DNA of 64,000 nucleotides from Nymphaea colorata (taxonomy: Eukaryota). A program made the translations under genes and the position numbers. This document shows, piece after piece, positions 10,801 to 22,209 of this stretch. The notes below the pieces were generated by a model that worked only from the letters and a program-made list of their open reading frames with translations, had not been told where the DNA came from and searched no databases. The stretch lies in assembly GCF_008831285.2 (NCBI RefSeq), contig NC_045138.2, forward strand, positions 5,394,001 through 5,458,000. The letters are read 5' to 3'. The number at the start of each line of letters is the position of its first letter. Within the stretch, counting starts at the first letter, position 1.

Positions 10801-11720
10801 CTACTTGTCATTATAATCCTGCTTCCAGGTGCACCCTTCTTAACTAGGACATGCTCCAACCGCTCCCACCAATCTAGGTCCCACACATCATCTAAGACCA
10901 GCAGAAATTTGTTCTTTGAAGTTGTTGAATGGACCAATTGAATCAACGTGTTCAACTCAGAGACATTGACCTCGTCCTTCTTAATTTGTTCAACTATCCT
11001 TTTAGTGACATCTATAGCATTTGGCCGTTGCAAAATGGAAACCCACCACATAGATTCTCCAAAATGTTTCTTTACTTGATCATTATCGAAAATCATTTGG
11101 GCAAGAGTTGTTTTGCCAACACCACCAATACCAACGATGGAGATGATTGAAACATTACATCCCCCTCCACAGGTTGTTGTATCCTCACCAACCAGCTTCT
11201 GGATGAGAGTTGTTTGATCATTTTCTCTGCCAATGATGTCTTTTTTATCTATGAAACAGCTGGTTGCTCGATCATTAGTTATTTGTAGAGATCTTGTAGC
11301 AAATTCATGAAGAATATTGTGGTATCGGTCTTTCTCTTTGGAAATTTGAGCAAGTGTCTCATTGATGGCTTTAATGTCTTTCCCAAGTTTATAGCGGAGA
11401 CGTATGTGATTATCACATGAAGATGGGAAGTAATTAACAAAGGGGCTGCATACCTGCTTGTTTTGGTTGATTTTAGCTTGATACTTGTCAATAATGTCCT
11501 CGGCATCATATGCAACATCCTTGAGTTTCTGCAACCAATCCTTCAGTCCTTCAACCATGAAATATGGCAGACCATCTGCAACTTTCATTGTTGATCTGAT
11601 TGCTATCATCTCGCTTTTTAAGTTCTCCAGCTCTTTCTTGGCACTGTAAAAGACTCCAACCTGATCGGATATAAGGGCTGTCAACTTGTCCAGCACTAGA
11701 CCAACTACTGCATCGGCCAT
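7824..11720 (-). CDS. CC-NB-ARC-LRR disease resistance protein (NLR1), 1298 aa, single coding exon
   Basis: N-terminal MADAVVGLVLDKL, EDVID-like EDIID, P-loop GIGGVGKTTLA, kinase-2 LLVLDDVW, RNBS-B GSRIIMTSR, GLPL, MHD and a long LRR. The start was placed at the MADA ATG by comparison with NLR2. Confidence 0.96.
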   Translation of the reverse strand: MADAVVGLVLDKLTALISDQVGVFYSAKKELENLKSEMIAIRSTMKVADGLPYFMVEGLKDWLQKLKDVAYDAEDIIDKYQAKINQNKQVCSPFVNYFPSSCDNHIRLRYKLGKDIKAINETLAQISKEKDRYHNILHEFATRSLQITNDRATSCFIDKKDIIGRENDQTTLIQKLVGEDTTTCGGGCNVSIISIVGIGGVGKTTLAQMIFDNDQVKKHFGESMWWVSILQRPNAIDVTKRIVEQIKKDEVNVSELNTLIQLVHSTTSKNKFLLVLDDVWDLDWWERLEHVLVKKGAPGSRIIMTSRKEHISKGIGAAYMLELESFTHEKSWELFLREALITEDELKRLNLEEIGRNIVSKCGGLPLVIQTVGKVMQSKERRREDWEFIANSKIWDLKIPSTTSDSSLLPGLVLSYDDLSPILKHYFTYFSLYQKGVPLYKLDFIMNLMAHGLVENANERNMEVAANHHIDDMVGRRLFQLTNPDGLSLQMHDTVHDLATHVAGKEYAHNYVNENTRHLAIRKHLSSLDEIGLQRNHVLRTFLCLKPLSENPLDKYINNLKMLRVLDLTGGSFTKIPDSIGDLLLLKHLDLRDTTIKQLPASIGKLQNLLSLLLDGSEIQELPKEIGQLCNLRHLGLENTHQLEFVAEGLGKVTCLRTLSRFIICHANKATVGCNVKELKNLINLKGELTIENLERVTLINDASEALLQEKKDIESLNLSFGKIIIGEETSEEEKKKIAEDQEQLLQELQLPPNLKSLSLTRYCGKKLPIDWLDGCVHLETIKFQSCSWIEKLPSFTMFKCLHLHDCHHLKTLAASPCLEEFVIDGCASFTQLPFCPKLESVEMSNLDNWEGFEKGAEKYCIKTLKISNCLKVKSMPHLPSLQRLEINFCDELSALLEKEEAEFELNMPALTELEIRGCPALVELPDMPILTSLTMVECHRLKQLTFMGKLEKLKVRGCENWEGWSLERKENATLPFMHELDIYLCPKLRALPSFPALTDMKIHSCEELRALWREDDQPIGLEVISMHRCPNVSFQVDWLLPLTKIRDLMMDGPLCCLHVTTSHIEALQRLRALGFICLPSQTLLPEWLWRLSSLEILILGFSGATSSLQGPWEKLKQLEFLTICNLEVITLDGLFKHSPHSRDQPTEEQCSPSERTHLSVPPKLEWLSFIGCSNLKLLPDGLQHLIHLKVLALNDLPELASLPQCLTRLPKLEGLEIRNCPTLPDGLQHLVHLKALRLIALPELASLPQCLTTLPKLEELLIVDCPKLAFLPAGLEVRLGNGLEVSGNCPLLLGGAT
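7917..8186 (-). repeat. 135-bp in-frame tandem duplication of two LRR units in NLR1
   Basis: LPDGLQHLxHLKxLxLxxLPELASLPQCLTxLPKLExLxIxxCP occurs twice (ccgtctggcag recurs 135 nt apart). NLR2 has one copy. Confidence 0.9.
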
Positions 11721-11752
11721 GGTTGGGTCTTCTTCTACGCACAGTTTTTGTT

Positions 11753-13800
11753 CTGCAAGGCGAACAATGAACATTAGAAAGTTTGTAAAAAAGTAAAGCC
11801 TTTTACTTTTTTTATATTCACAATCTCAAACTTGGCATCAGCGTAGGCGTATTGATTGCATCACTTGATTTTGTAGCAGGCCTGGCTTTCATAATTTTGA
11901 CCCCTTTAAAGAAAAAAAAGAGTAAAAGATGAAAAAAGAACATAATTTCATTATAGCTCTTTCTCTATTTTGGAGCTTTTAACCTAATAGGGCCCGTTTG
12001 AATAGTTGAAACTTTATTGTAGAGGTGGACAAAAATCCAAATTCGGTGGACAGATCCATTATAAAACAAACACGAAACTAAACACCCACGACTTTCCATG
12101 CAGATGTGAAACTTTACTTCCTGCAAGAAAATCACACCAAAATAGGTGGAAGTTTATTCTTGGGCATTTTTGCCTGCATATTTTTAATTTACTTTGTAGA
12201 ACTATTGTTAAAAGCATATGGTACAAAGATACCAGAAACAAAAGTTCTAAGAAATCAAACAAGTGAGAGTACATGAAATGTGGAATAAAAATTTTACCAA
12301 AAAAGGTACTTGGCACTAAAATACACTGTGATGTGTGGATATTTAAGAAGACGAGAATTCCATTTAGAAACTTTGCTTAATTATCTGAGAGAAAATCATG
12401 TATGGTCAAACTTTTCTTGCCATACGTGGGGGTGATAAATTGAAGCTTAGATAACTTGATTTTTCATGGTATTGTCTGGAAGTCCAACTTAATTGCAGAG
12501 TCGTCAGCACTTGTGATTTGAATAAATTCCTATAAACTTCAATTTAGAGTCCACACCTATGCATAGGTTGACAGCTCAATACAGCTCGTGTGCAGACCTA
12601 ACAAAAAAAACGGCTTTCTAGGAGAAAGGAAACCAGATTTTGAAAGCTCAACTTACCACAAGTTTCTTAATCATTTGTCGATTTGAATGCGGTTCGGTGA
12701 TCGGATGTTTCAAAGCATCTGTAAGCTTCCTCTCAAACAAGAACCAGTACTTAAATTTTGCTAAATTCTACTTCAGTTCCAAACTTTACATAATTCTTAA
12801 TCACTTGAAATATTTTATCATAATTCTCAAATAAGGTAGGCATCACTCGTGGGGCCACCCTTTTTGAAGTCCTTAAATCACTTTTCATCTTGGATATATG
12901 TTTTAGGCTCTCTGATTTGGTTCGACTCCCAGGATGAAAAATTTTTCAATGACTTTGTCTTGGGTGGCTACAATTTTATCAATTTAAACTATCTGTTATT
13001 GGCCCCTAACATAGGACCATGTGTAAGGGGTCAGAAATAATTAAAATGCCTTCGATGCTGGAATGGAAGGCTCCCTTGTAAAGGCAACAGTGGAATGAGA
13101 AAACATGCACCCCATAAGATGACAAACACTTGCCTAAGCCATTAGAACATGGCTTCCCATGTTAACAACATAACACAAGAAGTGGCTCTAACTTTAGTTT
13201 ACAAATTTAACATAAAAATCTAGTTTGAACAGCCACATGGTTACTTGCGCTATACTGGTGAATGAAATTTCATGAAATTTAATGATTTTTTCTTTTCATT
13301 CACGCACAAAAAAAAAAAAAAAGTTTTTGGTAAAATAAAAATGAAAATAAAAGAAAGTACCTCCTTTCTTTTACTGCATAAGCGGCACAATCATAATGGC
13401 GAACTCAACCTTATCTGGTTGAGCAGCCATCTCTTGTCTTCAAGGATGAAAAGCAATCTTGTCTTCAAGGATGAAAAAAAGGAAAACCAAAACCAGGGAA
13501 AGCCATGCCTTGTCTCGCTTTGTGCTGTTCCAATTTCCACGATCAGTTAAGTTGTTTCGGAATCAAGTTGTTGTGGAGGCCATGTGATCTCCTCACAAAC
13601 CAGAGAGCTTTGTGGCTGATGCGGAGTTGCGATGGGCAGACCAGAAGGGCGAAGCGGTGGACTGCTGGTGCACTGCCAGGACTTGGACAGAGGGAAAGGG
13701 CAGCAGCGGCAGCACAGTGGTTGTGGCGGCGCTCCTCCAAGGACGCGCGGAGAAGAAGAGAAAGACAGACAGAGAGGGAGAGAGAGAGAGGGTTTCATGC
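11753..13800 (-). promoter_or_regulatory. Putative NLR1 5' UTR intron plus CT/GC-rich leader exon
   Basis: Acceptor CCTTGCAG| lies 32 nt before the ATG and is conserved as CCTCGCAG in NLR2. A candidate donor GAG|GTACTT is at ~13360. A GC-rich, (CT)n-rich segment at 13580-13800 is typical of plant 5' UTRs. Confidence 0.5.
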
Positions 13801-14649
13801 AATATTTTTCATAGCAACCAATGAAATAAAAAGGAAATACAAAACATTAAAAAAGAGAACGAAATGAGAGAGAGACAGGGTGTGCAATTATTGACAAGAG
13901 AGAGATATGGAGAGCGTAACTGGAAGAGAGAGAGATGGCAAATTAAATGAGAGAGAGAGCAATTAATGGAGAGACGTTAAGGGCAAATTAAATGTGGGAG
14001 AGAAAGAGAAATGGTTTAATGGAAAGAGAGATAAAGTTACAAATTAAATGTGTGTGTGAGAGTCTCACAGAAAAAGCGGAAGTGTCATGAATGGAGAGTG
14101 AAAGAGACGGTCAATCAAATATCAATGGCTGTCATATTTTCTTTGATGCAGTAGCTGAGTCAACCTTCATCTCATCAATTTAAGTCGTGGGCGGCAGCTG
14201 ATTCATTAATGGCGAGGGTCCATGTGGAGCTTCCATGTACGCAACGGATGGAGATGGAAGAGAACCCCGTTTGTACAAATCTTTTTCAAAAAAAGAACTG
14301 AGTATCAATCGGTGCACAACTATTTCTGGTTTTCTTTGTCCATTGCTGTTATAAACTTTTATGACATTCAAAAACTATAAAAAGCTTTATATTTATGCAA
14401 CTTACTGCCGAATACATGAAAATAGCAAGTTTAATAGGTTATCGGTTATAACGTAAGATCTGTACTTCCTGTTAAATCAAATAAACTGCCTTTCATGTGC
14501 ACGGGAATCAGATTTACATTTTTCCAACTTACATCCTTTTCCAAATTAATCCTTTGAGTGGATATGTCTCCATCCCTTTTATTAGCAAGAAATGAGATAT
14601 GTATAAAAAACAATAGAACGACTCAAATCAGGAGTGCCTCGACGGTTGC

Positions 14650-14920
14650 GGAGCATAGCATTGACTTCAATACTAGAATTGAGATGGAGAACACACTCTA
14701 TTGGCCAGTACTTCTCCATAGTTAGCAGGTAATTAAAGCAGACGGAGACCCTTCTAACCTTGGTAGCCAAATTCCTGTTATTAGAAACCAAAAAGAAATT
14801 CGTATCAGCTCTTGGAGAAATGGAGTAAGAAACTTTTGAAAAAAGATTTAATGAAAAATACTTCATGTGTCATAAGCGATCCCAAAAAACCAATCCTTCC
14901 AATGAAGTAAAAAGCCGAAT
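14650..14920 (-). mobile_element. Probable LINE ORF1 (DUF4283-like) relic
   Basis: DTNFFLVSNNRNLATKV...FNYLLTMEKYWP resembles the DUF4283 pattern NFFLFxF...KVL...FxxxLLxLEKWxP. LINE RT pieces lie nearby at ~15120-15310. Confidence 0.4.
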
Positions 14921-15464
14921 ACATCAATTTATCTACGATCGAATTCTATTATATTCTATTTGTTCAAATACAAACGGAAATTAAATAAAACAAATTACAA
15001 TAGATAAACTAAATATAAATAATGTAAGGCCCTTGTGTTAGATTGGCCTTTCCATCTGCCACACCATTTAATTATAACTGAATGAGAACTAGACGAAATA
15101 AACTGCATGACCAAATTTACCCATCTAGGTCATAACATGCTGTAGAGGAAGGGCCATAGCAATCGGTCATAGGGTTTGGCAAGCTCCAACCTGAAAACAA
15201 TCACATAACCTGAGCACAATCACATTCCTTTTAGAATTAGAGAAGAGGTAGACAATGTCACTGGCTAAGGCAATCTGATCATGGATGCTCCTATCATTGA
15301 ACAAAAGCCCTTTGATAGAAATTTTGGAGAAATTTGGAGTGTTGCAAATAGATGCCCGTTAATGTATTTCTATTTTTTGAATTTGAAAAATAATTTCAAA
15401 TATTTTAAATTCATTTAAAAAATGAAAAAAAAGAATGGTAACCAGTAGCAGTACTGTACGTATC

Positions 15465-15730
15465 AACAAACAATTGATATGATATGTATCAATTAAGATG
15501 GGTCAGGAGTGGCACCCTGAAGCACTAAAAGCATACCTTGTATCCTAGAGGGTTCAGAGGTTGGATAAGGGCTTGAACCTCTTTTTAGCAGTTCTATACC
15601 GTATCGACAAGCAATTGATATGATATGCATCAATTAAGATGGGGGAGGAACGGCACCTCGAAGCATTGAAAGCAGACCTTGCATCTTAGAGGAGTCAAAA
15701 GTTGGGTGCGGGCTTGAGTCTTTTTTTTGG
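15465..15730. repeat. Two diverged tandem copies of a ~131-bp unit
   Basis: The block cgtatc.acaa.caattgatatgatatg.atcaattaagatggg...gggcttga occurs at ~15479 and ~15600. Confidence 0.65.
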
Positions 15731-15829
15731 TAGTGAGAAACCCTACTCACCCAAAACTAATATGATTGATATGAACCAATATGGGTGTATTGACATAAGC
15801 ACCAGCCGTCCTTCAAGACTGAGACAAGT

Positions 15830-17418
15830 TGGTGCTAGAAAGAATAAGTTGGATGCTATAAAGTAGTTGAGATTTAAATAATAAAAATATTCAGTTTATA
15901 ATTATTTTAAATATCAACAAATAAAAAATGAATAGACCGACACAGATGGCTCAAGTCGGTCTCATATAGATTAGCCATCAAGATCGCTATAATACATGGC
16001 AAATTCTGCAATATTAATCCAGGATCTGCCTTTCAGAATTAACAAAATATTTGGATTTGTTTTTTTGGGCAAACTGACAAGGATCAGTACAGACAGATTT
16101 TCAATTAAATAACAAAAAGTTAGCATTTTTTTTCCTTTTACCAATAGTATTGAATGCTTGTCCATATTTAATGCAAACAGTAAAATGCAACACACGGTTT
16201 TCAAGGCAGGTTGGAAACCCTTGGCATCTAGTAGAACCAACAATACTTCATTATAGGGACATGTACACCGAATAGTTGAAAGAAAAATGAAATAATTAAC
16301 ATGTTAAGGTAGCTAGAAACTAGCCTTATTCAAAAGGGAAACACCCTCAAATATATATATATATATAAAAGCTAAAATGTCGGTGTTGAATTTATACCCT
16401 ATTGAAAGCTAAACAATTAACTGACAGCTTAACGAGTGACAACCATTAGAAACAAGCTCTAAGAAGCTCTGAGCTAACCATCAACTGGTTGGCCTATTAG
16501 ATCCTTCTCCGGATCAAATAGAATATATTGCAATTGGATAGAATTAGATGGTAACGAAATTTTCATGTTAAAGCTCACCTAAAATCACTACTATTTTAGT
16601 AATTTAATGCTTTAATTCACAAACATCTAAACTACCAATTAAGACCATTAATCCTTTTGGGGATTATTCAATCTGTTCTTTGTCCAGTTCCCATATAAAC
16701 CCTTTCGATCTAGCAAACACAACTTCAATTGATGTGTAAGAATAGAGACATACCATTCTTGTGCAACGATACCTCCAAGCCAAGGTCCATTTCACTTACC
16801 TAATGGTGTTCATTTGCCTTGCTGTTGTAAACTATTTCTCTTGTCCCATGGCGCGAAGCCCATTAATCACATAAACATTATTTAAAAGAAAGGTAGAGTT
16901 CCATAAGCCAATGGATCGATCGACTTTATAAATGCTACATACATATATGCATAAATACACACATATGCATAAATACACACAGAAAAATAGGATTTGAGAT
17001 ACTCGGTATATAACTAAAACCTCAAATCCTTGGATCTGAGCAGTGATCTCAAATCACCTTGAATGTCAGATCTGAGGTAAACAAATGTACCCTAGTGGGC
17101 GTTTGGATTTATAAAGACCAAAAAAGAACAAAAAAATATCTTATTTGCAGGCACATTAATTGATCATTTTTATTATGGATTGAAAAGTTAAAATGAGTAG
17201 GTTGAAAAATGTTGCTGCTCATTTTTATTACTTTTTATGCACCTCTAATTATACTTAAAAATTAGTAAGTCTGGGCACTGTCCTATAATAAGAAAGCCGA
17301 GTTGATTCAGTTTCTCCCATGATCCGTGCAGGCTGCTTGTTGCCCCAGAAAAAGCTAATGCCAAGGCTTTAAGGCCCGAGAAACGCCACAACCATTCAGG
17401 CAACAGACTTCGACGGGG
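15830..17418 (-). pseudogene. Collapsed third NLR copy: 3'-intron paralog joined to a ~140-bp LRR fragment
   Basis: 15830-17272 matches the NLR 3' intron sequences (e.g. 6730-7410, 20115-20345). 17279-17418 encodes SLLPEWLWRFSGLKALALAFSGATSSLHGSWEKLNQLGFLIIGQ, homologous to the late LRR of both NLRs. Confidence 0.8.
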
Positions 17419-17829
17419 TCCGGCGGAAACCATGTCCTTCAGTACAGTACATAATTTTATCGTCAGTAACAGTAATGGTGACCTAGCTATTTTGTGCATC
17501 ACTTAGGCTGTACTTGTTTGTTTCGGATCTTAGATCCGTGGTTGACTTGGACCATCAGATTAAAACTCTGGGTTTTGAGATCCAATCCCATTTAGATGAA
17601 GGGAAAGTGAGAGAAATGAATAAAAAAGAAAGCATAATTATGTTGGGGATGACTAATTAAAGAGAAGGAAGATGAAAGAAAATTGAAAAAAATATGTTTG
17701 GGAGAGAAGGAAAGGAAAAATATTGACCAGGTAGTCCATCAAAAAATTGAGAGATTGCAAGGAAAAAAAAATGACATTTGTTTCCTTCCCCATCCTTATA
17801 GTATCATCTTCTTTCTCTCCGTCCAAGCC

Positions 17830-18170
17830 TTGAGGGGCATGGTATGGATAGTTAGACTGGTGAGCTGATGAAAGTCCAGTTGCAAATTCAATTCTTATGG
17901 ACCAAGACTGTAAATGGTTGGTGCACATACTCTAGTTGATGGATGTATCATTCTCCACCTATGTCCCAAATCAAATCTATACCTTAGAGACATGAGAAAC
18001 TGATGAGGGGCCTGATATAAATGTGGTTGAGTGTCCAAGAATATATGGATTAAGCAAAAAAGGGTATTGATAATAATATGGGGGATGTAGGTGGTTCTAT
18101 GCTTGTAGGCATCTAGCGATGTCAATGGAACAATTTTGAATTGGATGCATCCTTTAATATCCACATATCT
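17830..18170 (+). mobile_element. Probable hAT transposase relic
   Basis: Frame-hopping translation gives ETDEGP...EYMD*AKKGI...MLVGI*RCQWNN, resembling the plant hAT consensus DTDxKP..YExMDxAKxxI...IIxxRWNN. Confidence 0.45.
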
Positions 18171-18289
18171 TGTTCATTGGATGATTGTTTGCATATTTGG
18201 ATTTGAATTCACTATTGTTCATTGGATGATTGTTTGCATATTTGGATTTGAATTCACTATTGTTCATTGGATGATTGTTTGCATATTTG
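18171..18289. repeat. Perfect 45-bp tandem repeat, ~2.6 copies
   Basis: The unit tgttcattggatgattgtttgcatatttggatttgaattcactat repeats head to tail. Confidence 0.9.
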
Positions 18290-19094
18290 AAGAGAGAAGG
18301 TGTGCAAGATACGGAGAGTATAAAAGGAAGAGATCATTGAAGAGAGATAGATGACAAGTTAAATGAGAGAGAGAAAAAAGTGTAATTAATCGAGAGCAAT
18401 TAAATATAAATGGCTGTCATCTTTTTTTTTTTCGGTGCACTAGCTGAGTCAACTTTCATTAGATCAATTTAAGTGAATTCGAACTCGATTCATTCCAACA
18501 AAGAAGTTCAAATTAAAACTCGAACTTAATTAGTTTACAAGATAAGGTAGCTCGAACTTGGGTTTAAGATGAGCTTTTCCGAGTCAAGTCTAAGGTACTA
18601 CACCCATTCTTCATGCCTAGGTTTCGCACATGTGGTAGGGTTAATGGCTTCAGATGCAATCCATACATCAGGTCGTAGTCTAGGCAGTGGCTTTGTAAAT
18701 AATAGTCACATATATTGCAGTTTTTCTAAAAGGACGCGATAAAAATGCGAAAAACACTTTGGCCCAACGGCAAAATATCACTTTTTTTTTTTTTTTTTGT
18801 AAAAAATCAGCCAAATGAAAATGACGCAAAAATTGTACTTTTTTTTTTCTCATTTCTTTCGCATCTTATCTGCTGCATTTGAATTCTTTTCTCAGTGTTG
18901 GCATGGCAGTAATATTAGAACGGAAACAAAGAAAACCTCTACTTCTTTGACTTTGGAAGAGATGAGCTGTTTAGAGTTTAGTGAAGAGGAAAACGTTTTC
19001 AATGGGCAAAGGGGGATCATCTTAAGGTACTGATTTGGGAAAAAATCATCAACGTTGGAGTTATGGACCACCAGGACTCACTGCTTGAAGATCT

Positions 19095-19440
19095 TGCTAT
19101 CATTGAAAAAAAGGCCTTTGACTACGACTCAAGAATTCTGCATACGAGCAGAGAATTCTGCATAAGAGCAGCCATCACCTTAGAATATATGATTTTATAT
19201 AGGCCATTGCAAAAAGCAATGAGATTGAAACCATCAATTCTGGATGCACTATCCTTCTTTGGAATCAACATAAGAGATAATAGGCAATTGCAAAGTTCAT
19301 TCGCTCACAACATAGCATATCTTAAGTGTATCAACATCATTAATAAGGACATACAAGCTTTGAACATAAGTTCGTTGACAATACAAAGCCATCAAAATGG
19401 ATAATTGACATCCCAACATAGCTAAATGGAATCAAGCAAA
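19095..19440 (-). mobile_element. LINE RT relic co-duplicated with the NLR unit (paralog of 5715-6060)
   Basis: Near-identical to the relic downstream of NLR1 (compare ORF-track entries 5820..6035 and 19063..19404). Confidence 0.7.
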
Positions 19441-19840
19441 ATGATTATTTTATCAAATCATAACCACACATAATACCTGTGTACATAGCAAATCATGAGA
19501 AGGTTGATGGTAAAATTGTTGAATATCTCCTTAAAAAGACCCAATTTGAGCTACCGGCGATTGGCTACAAAGGTTAGATTTAAGTCATGCTGTCATCCAA
19601 TCATTTGATACTTAGCTCTCACTGATCAACTCTTTTCTGTTACACCTTTTTTAGCCAAAACTATGTCCCAAGCCTCCAGCGACAAACCTTCAAAAACTTA
19701 TTAATCATAGTAAGCTCCCATAAAAGTCTTAATAAATTAAGAAGGATAACAAACACACAACTAAACATGGAAGTGAACAAGCACATGATCAGGTGCAGCT
19801 GATTTGAGAAGTGGTGATGCCAAGATGACGACCAGCAAAC

Positions 19841-20513
19841 CTGTTAAAAAAAAAAAAAGTAAGACATTTTTATTCAAAAGACAGCATGAACAGTTACATA
19901 AATATACTGCACTAGCTATATAAAATGGAATACAGTCAATAAAAACCGGAGTAGTAAACTAGAGTAGGCACAAGCCATTGAAGACTGAGACAAGCACTCC
20001 ATTGAATGGTTTTCCTCATTTCGCATTAAGTTTTCATCGAGACATTAACAAAATTCTGGGCACACGTATTAAAGGTCAACTTTTTAAAACATATGACACA
20101 TATCTTTGGTAACTGCTAGAAAGAAAAAGTTGGATGCTCCAATGTATTTGAGATTTAAATAATAAAAATAACTATTTTATAATTATTTTAAATATTAGCA
20201 AATATAAAAAGTTAATAGACCGACGCAGATGTCTCAAGTCGGTCTCATATAAATTAGCCATAAACAACCCTATAATACATGGCAAATTCTGCAACATTAA
20301 TCCATGATCCACCTTTAAGAATTAACAAAATACTTGGATTTATTCTTTTAGGCTATTGGATCACTGCATTGAACTTGCTTAATTAGGAGTATAAATAGAT
20401 AACCTTTTAGTTTTTTTTTTTTTTTTTGGGTTCACTCTATTTCAGTCCTTGAACATCCCAACATTGTTTCAGGAGGTTCCCAGAGCAATTTTTGGCTGAG
20501 TTTTGAAGTAAGA

Positions 20514-20544
<31 letters not shown>

Positions 20545-22166
20545 AGTTGAAATTAGCCAGCCAAGCAACTACTTGTATGGTTGGATGGTTTTTATTTTGT
20601 GATGCTAAAAACCATCACAAAAGGTGTGGTACCGTGGTTATTGATGTTCCTGCTGTTCTTGAAACACTGGTACCATTTAGATGTAATTTTTTGCTCAAAC
20701 AAAGGAAAAAGTGTCACCACAATATATATATATATATGCTAAAATATCGGTGTTGAATAGGCCTGGCCACTGGCCGGGTACCAAGGCCGGTTGGGCTCAG
20801 GCCCAAGCCGAGCTGGGTGGAGACCTGGGATATCGGGCTGGGCCCGGGCTTCAGGCCCAACGGGCCCATCCAGCCCGGGTCTTATCGGGCTACCCGACGC
20901 CCACCCTTCTGGTTGAATTTATATCCAATTGAAAGCTAAGCAATTAACTGACAGGTCTGAGCTAACCGAGCTGCTTTTAAGAAAACTATTAAAAAAAATG
21001 AGAAATGACAATTTATAAATTATTTATTGGCCAAAGGCATTTATCTAAAAATATATTAATTAAACAGCAGCGGAGTTCGAAACTTATGACTAAGAAACAA
21101 TAAAAAAAATTAACGTTTTTAAGGGGCACCTAAGAAAAACTGTTCAGAAATATCAAATATAAAGTAAAAAATTTTTGGAGTTGGAGTGGGAAATTGTCCA
21201 TCCGTAAACCACACCTGCCTTTGTCCCTGCTACTAAAGTATGTTAAAGTCTATTATGAAAAAATTGGTCTTTTGTGATGTAAGATGGTGTGTGTGACAGG
21301 TTGTCTTTTTTTTTTTTTTTGTAAATAATCAATGAGGTTGATCAGATAACTTATTTACATTTTACATAATGGAACAACCTTATTTACATATTCACAAATT
21401 TTTGGTGGAAAATGAAAATGGACTTTCTTGCCATTTCCTTGGGAGGTCATACAGAGTGAGGGAGCGCGATTTGAAATCCCTTTTACATGGGACCTACGAA
21501 GGAAAAAAAATATTGGATTTGTGATACTCGGTATATAACTAAAACCTCATATTAATCTTCAATTGCGCAAGTCTTAGGGCGAGATTTCAAATATTTTCAA
21601 CAACTTGAAGCATACACACGGCAACTTTTGCAATATTCTGGGGTCCTCCTTTCAGAATTAATGAAATATTTGGAGATTTTTTTTTTCTCTTTTTGGATAC
21701 ATAGAAGGAGCAGTACCTTTGCGTTTTCACTTAAACGACAGATATGCAATTAAATCACAAACAGTAGGCAATTTTTTTTTTCTTTTACCAAGAAAATTGA
21801 AAGCTTGTCCATATTTAATTCACACAAGTAAAAGATGTAAACGTTAAGCAGCTTGGCCCCGATAGCTTTTGCAACATTCCGGGGTCCACCTTTAAGAATG
21901 AAATATTTTGATTTTCAATTAAATCACAAAAAGTATGCGTTTTTTTTTTTTTTTTACGAAGAATATCGAAAGCTTTTCCATATTTAATTCACACAAATAA
22001 AAGATGGAGACGTTAAACAGCTTGGCTATGTGGGTGGTTCGTAACATTTTCATAAAAAATATTTATAACATGCTGCAGTTGGGAGAGATGCATACAAAAT
22101 TAAGCGATAGGAAGTTGGGAACCATTGAACTCGTAAAAAAGAGAAAAGGGTGGTGATGAGACGTAC
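19841..22166 (-). other. Putative 3' UTR intron of NLR2
   Basis: Donor GAG|GTACGT lies 43 nt after the stop and acceptor TTTAACAG|G is at 19841. It is paralogous to 6530-7779. Confidence 0.6.
20758..20909. mobile_element. GC-rich hAT-type MITE in the NLR2 3' intron
   Basis: It interrupts ggtgttgaa|tttatac, which is contiguous at 7168-7185 and 16382-16399. It has an imperfect 8-bp TSD GTGTTGAA/TGGTTGAA and ends TAGGCCTGGCC / GCCCACCCTT. Confidence 0.7.
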
Positions 22167-22209
22167 CTCCCATATGTAGGCCTTGATGAATATTTTTGCT
22201 CCTGCTTCC

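Noticed and set aside
7810..11150. Plus-strand ORFs overlapping NLR1 (and their equivalents over NLR2)
   Set aside because: Antisense shadows of the NLR coding sequence. Their conservation follows from the duplication.
11721..11774. 18-aa N-terminal extension of NLR1 in the ORF track
   Set aside because: The upstream ATG lies beyond a splice acceptor and is not conserved in NLR2. The MADA ATG is the shared start.
14650..14950. Plastid-derived insertion
   Set aside because: No translation matched a plastid protein I recognise. A LINE ORF1 relic fits better.
18171..18289. CRISPR-like repeat array
   Set aside because: Head-to-tail identical units with no unique spacers, in a eukaryotic context with no cas genes.
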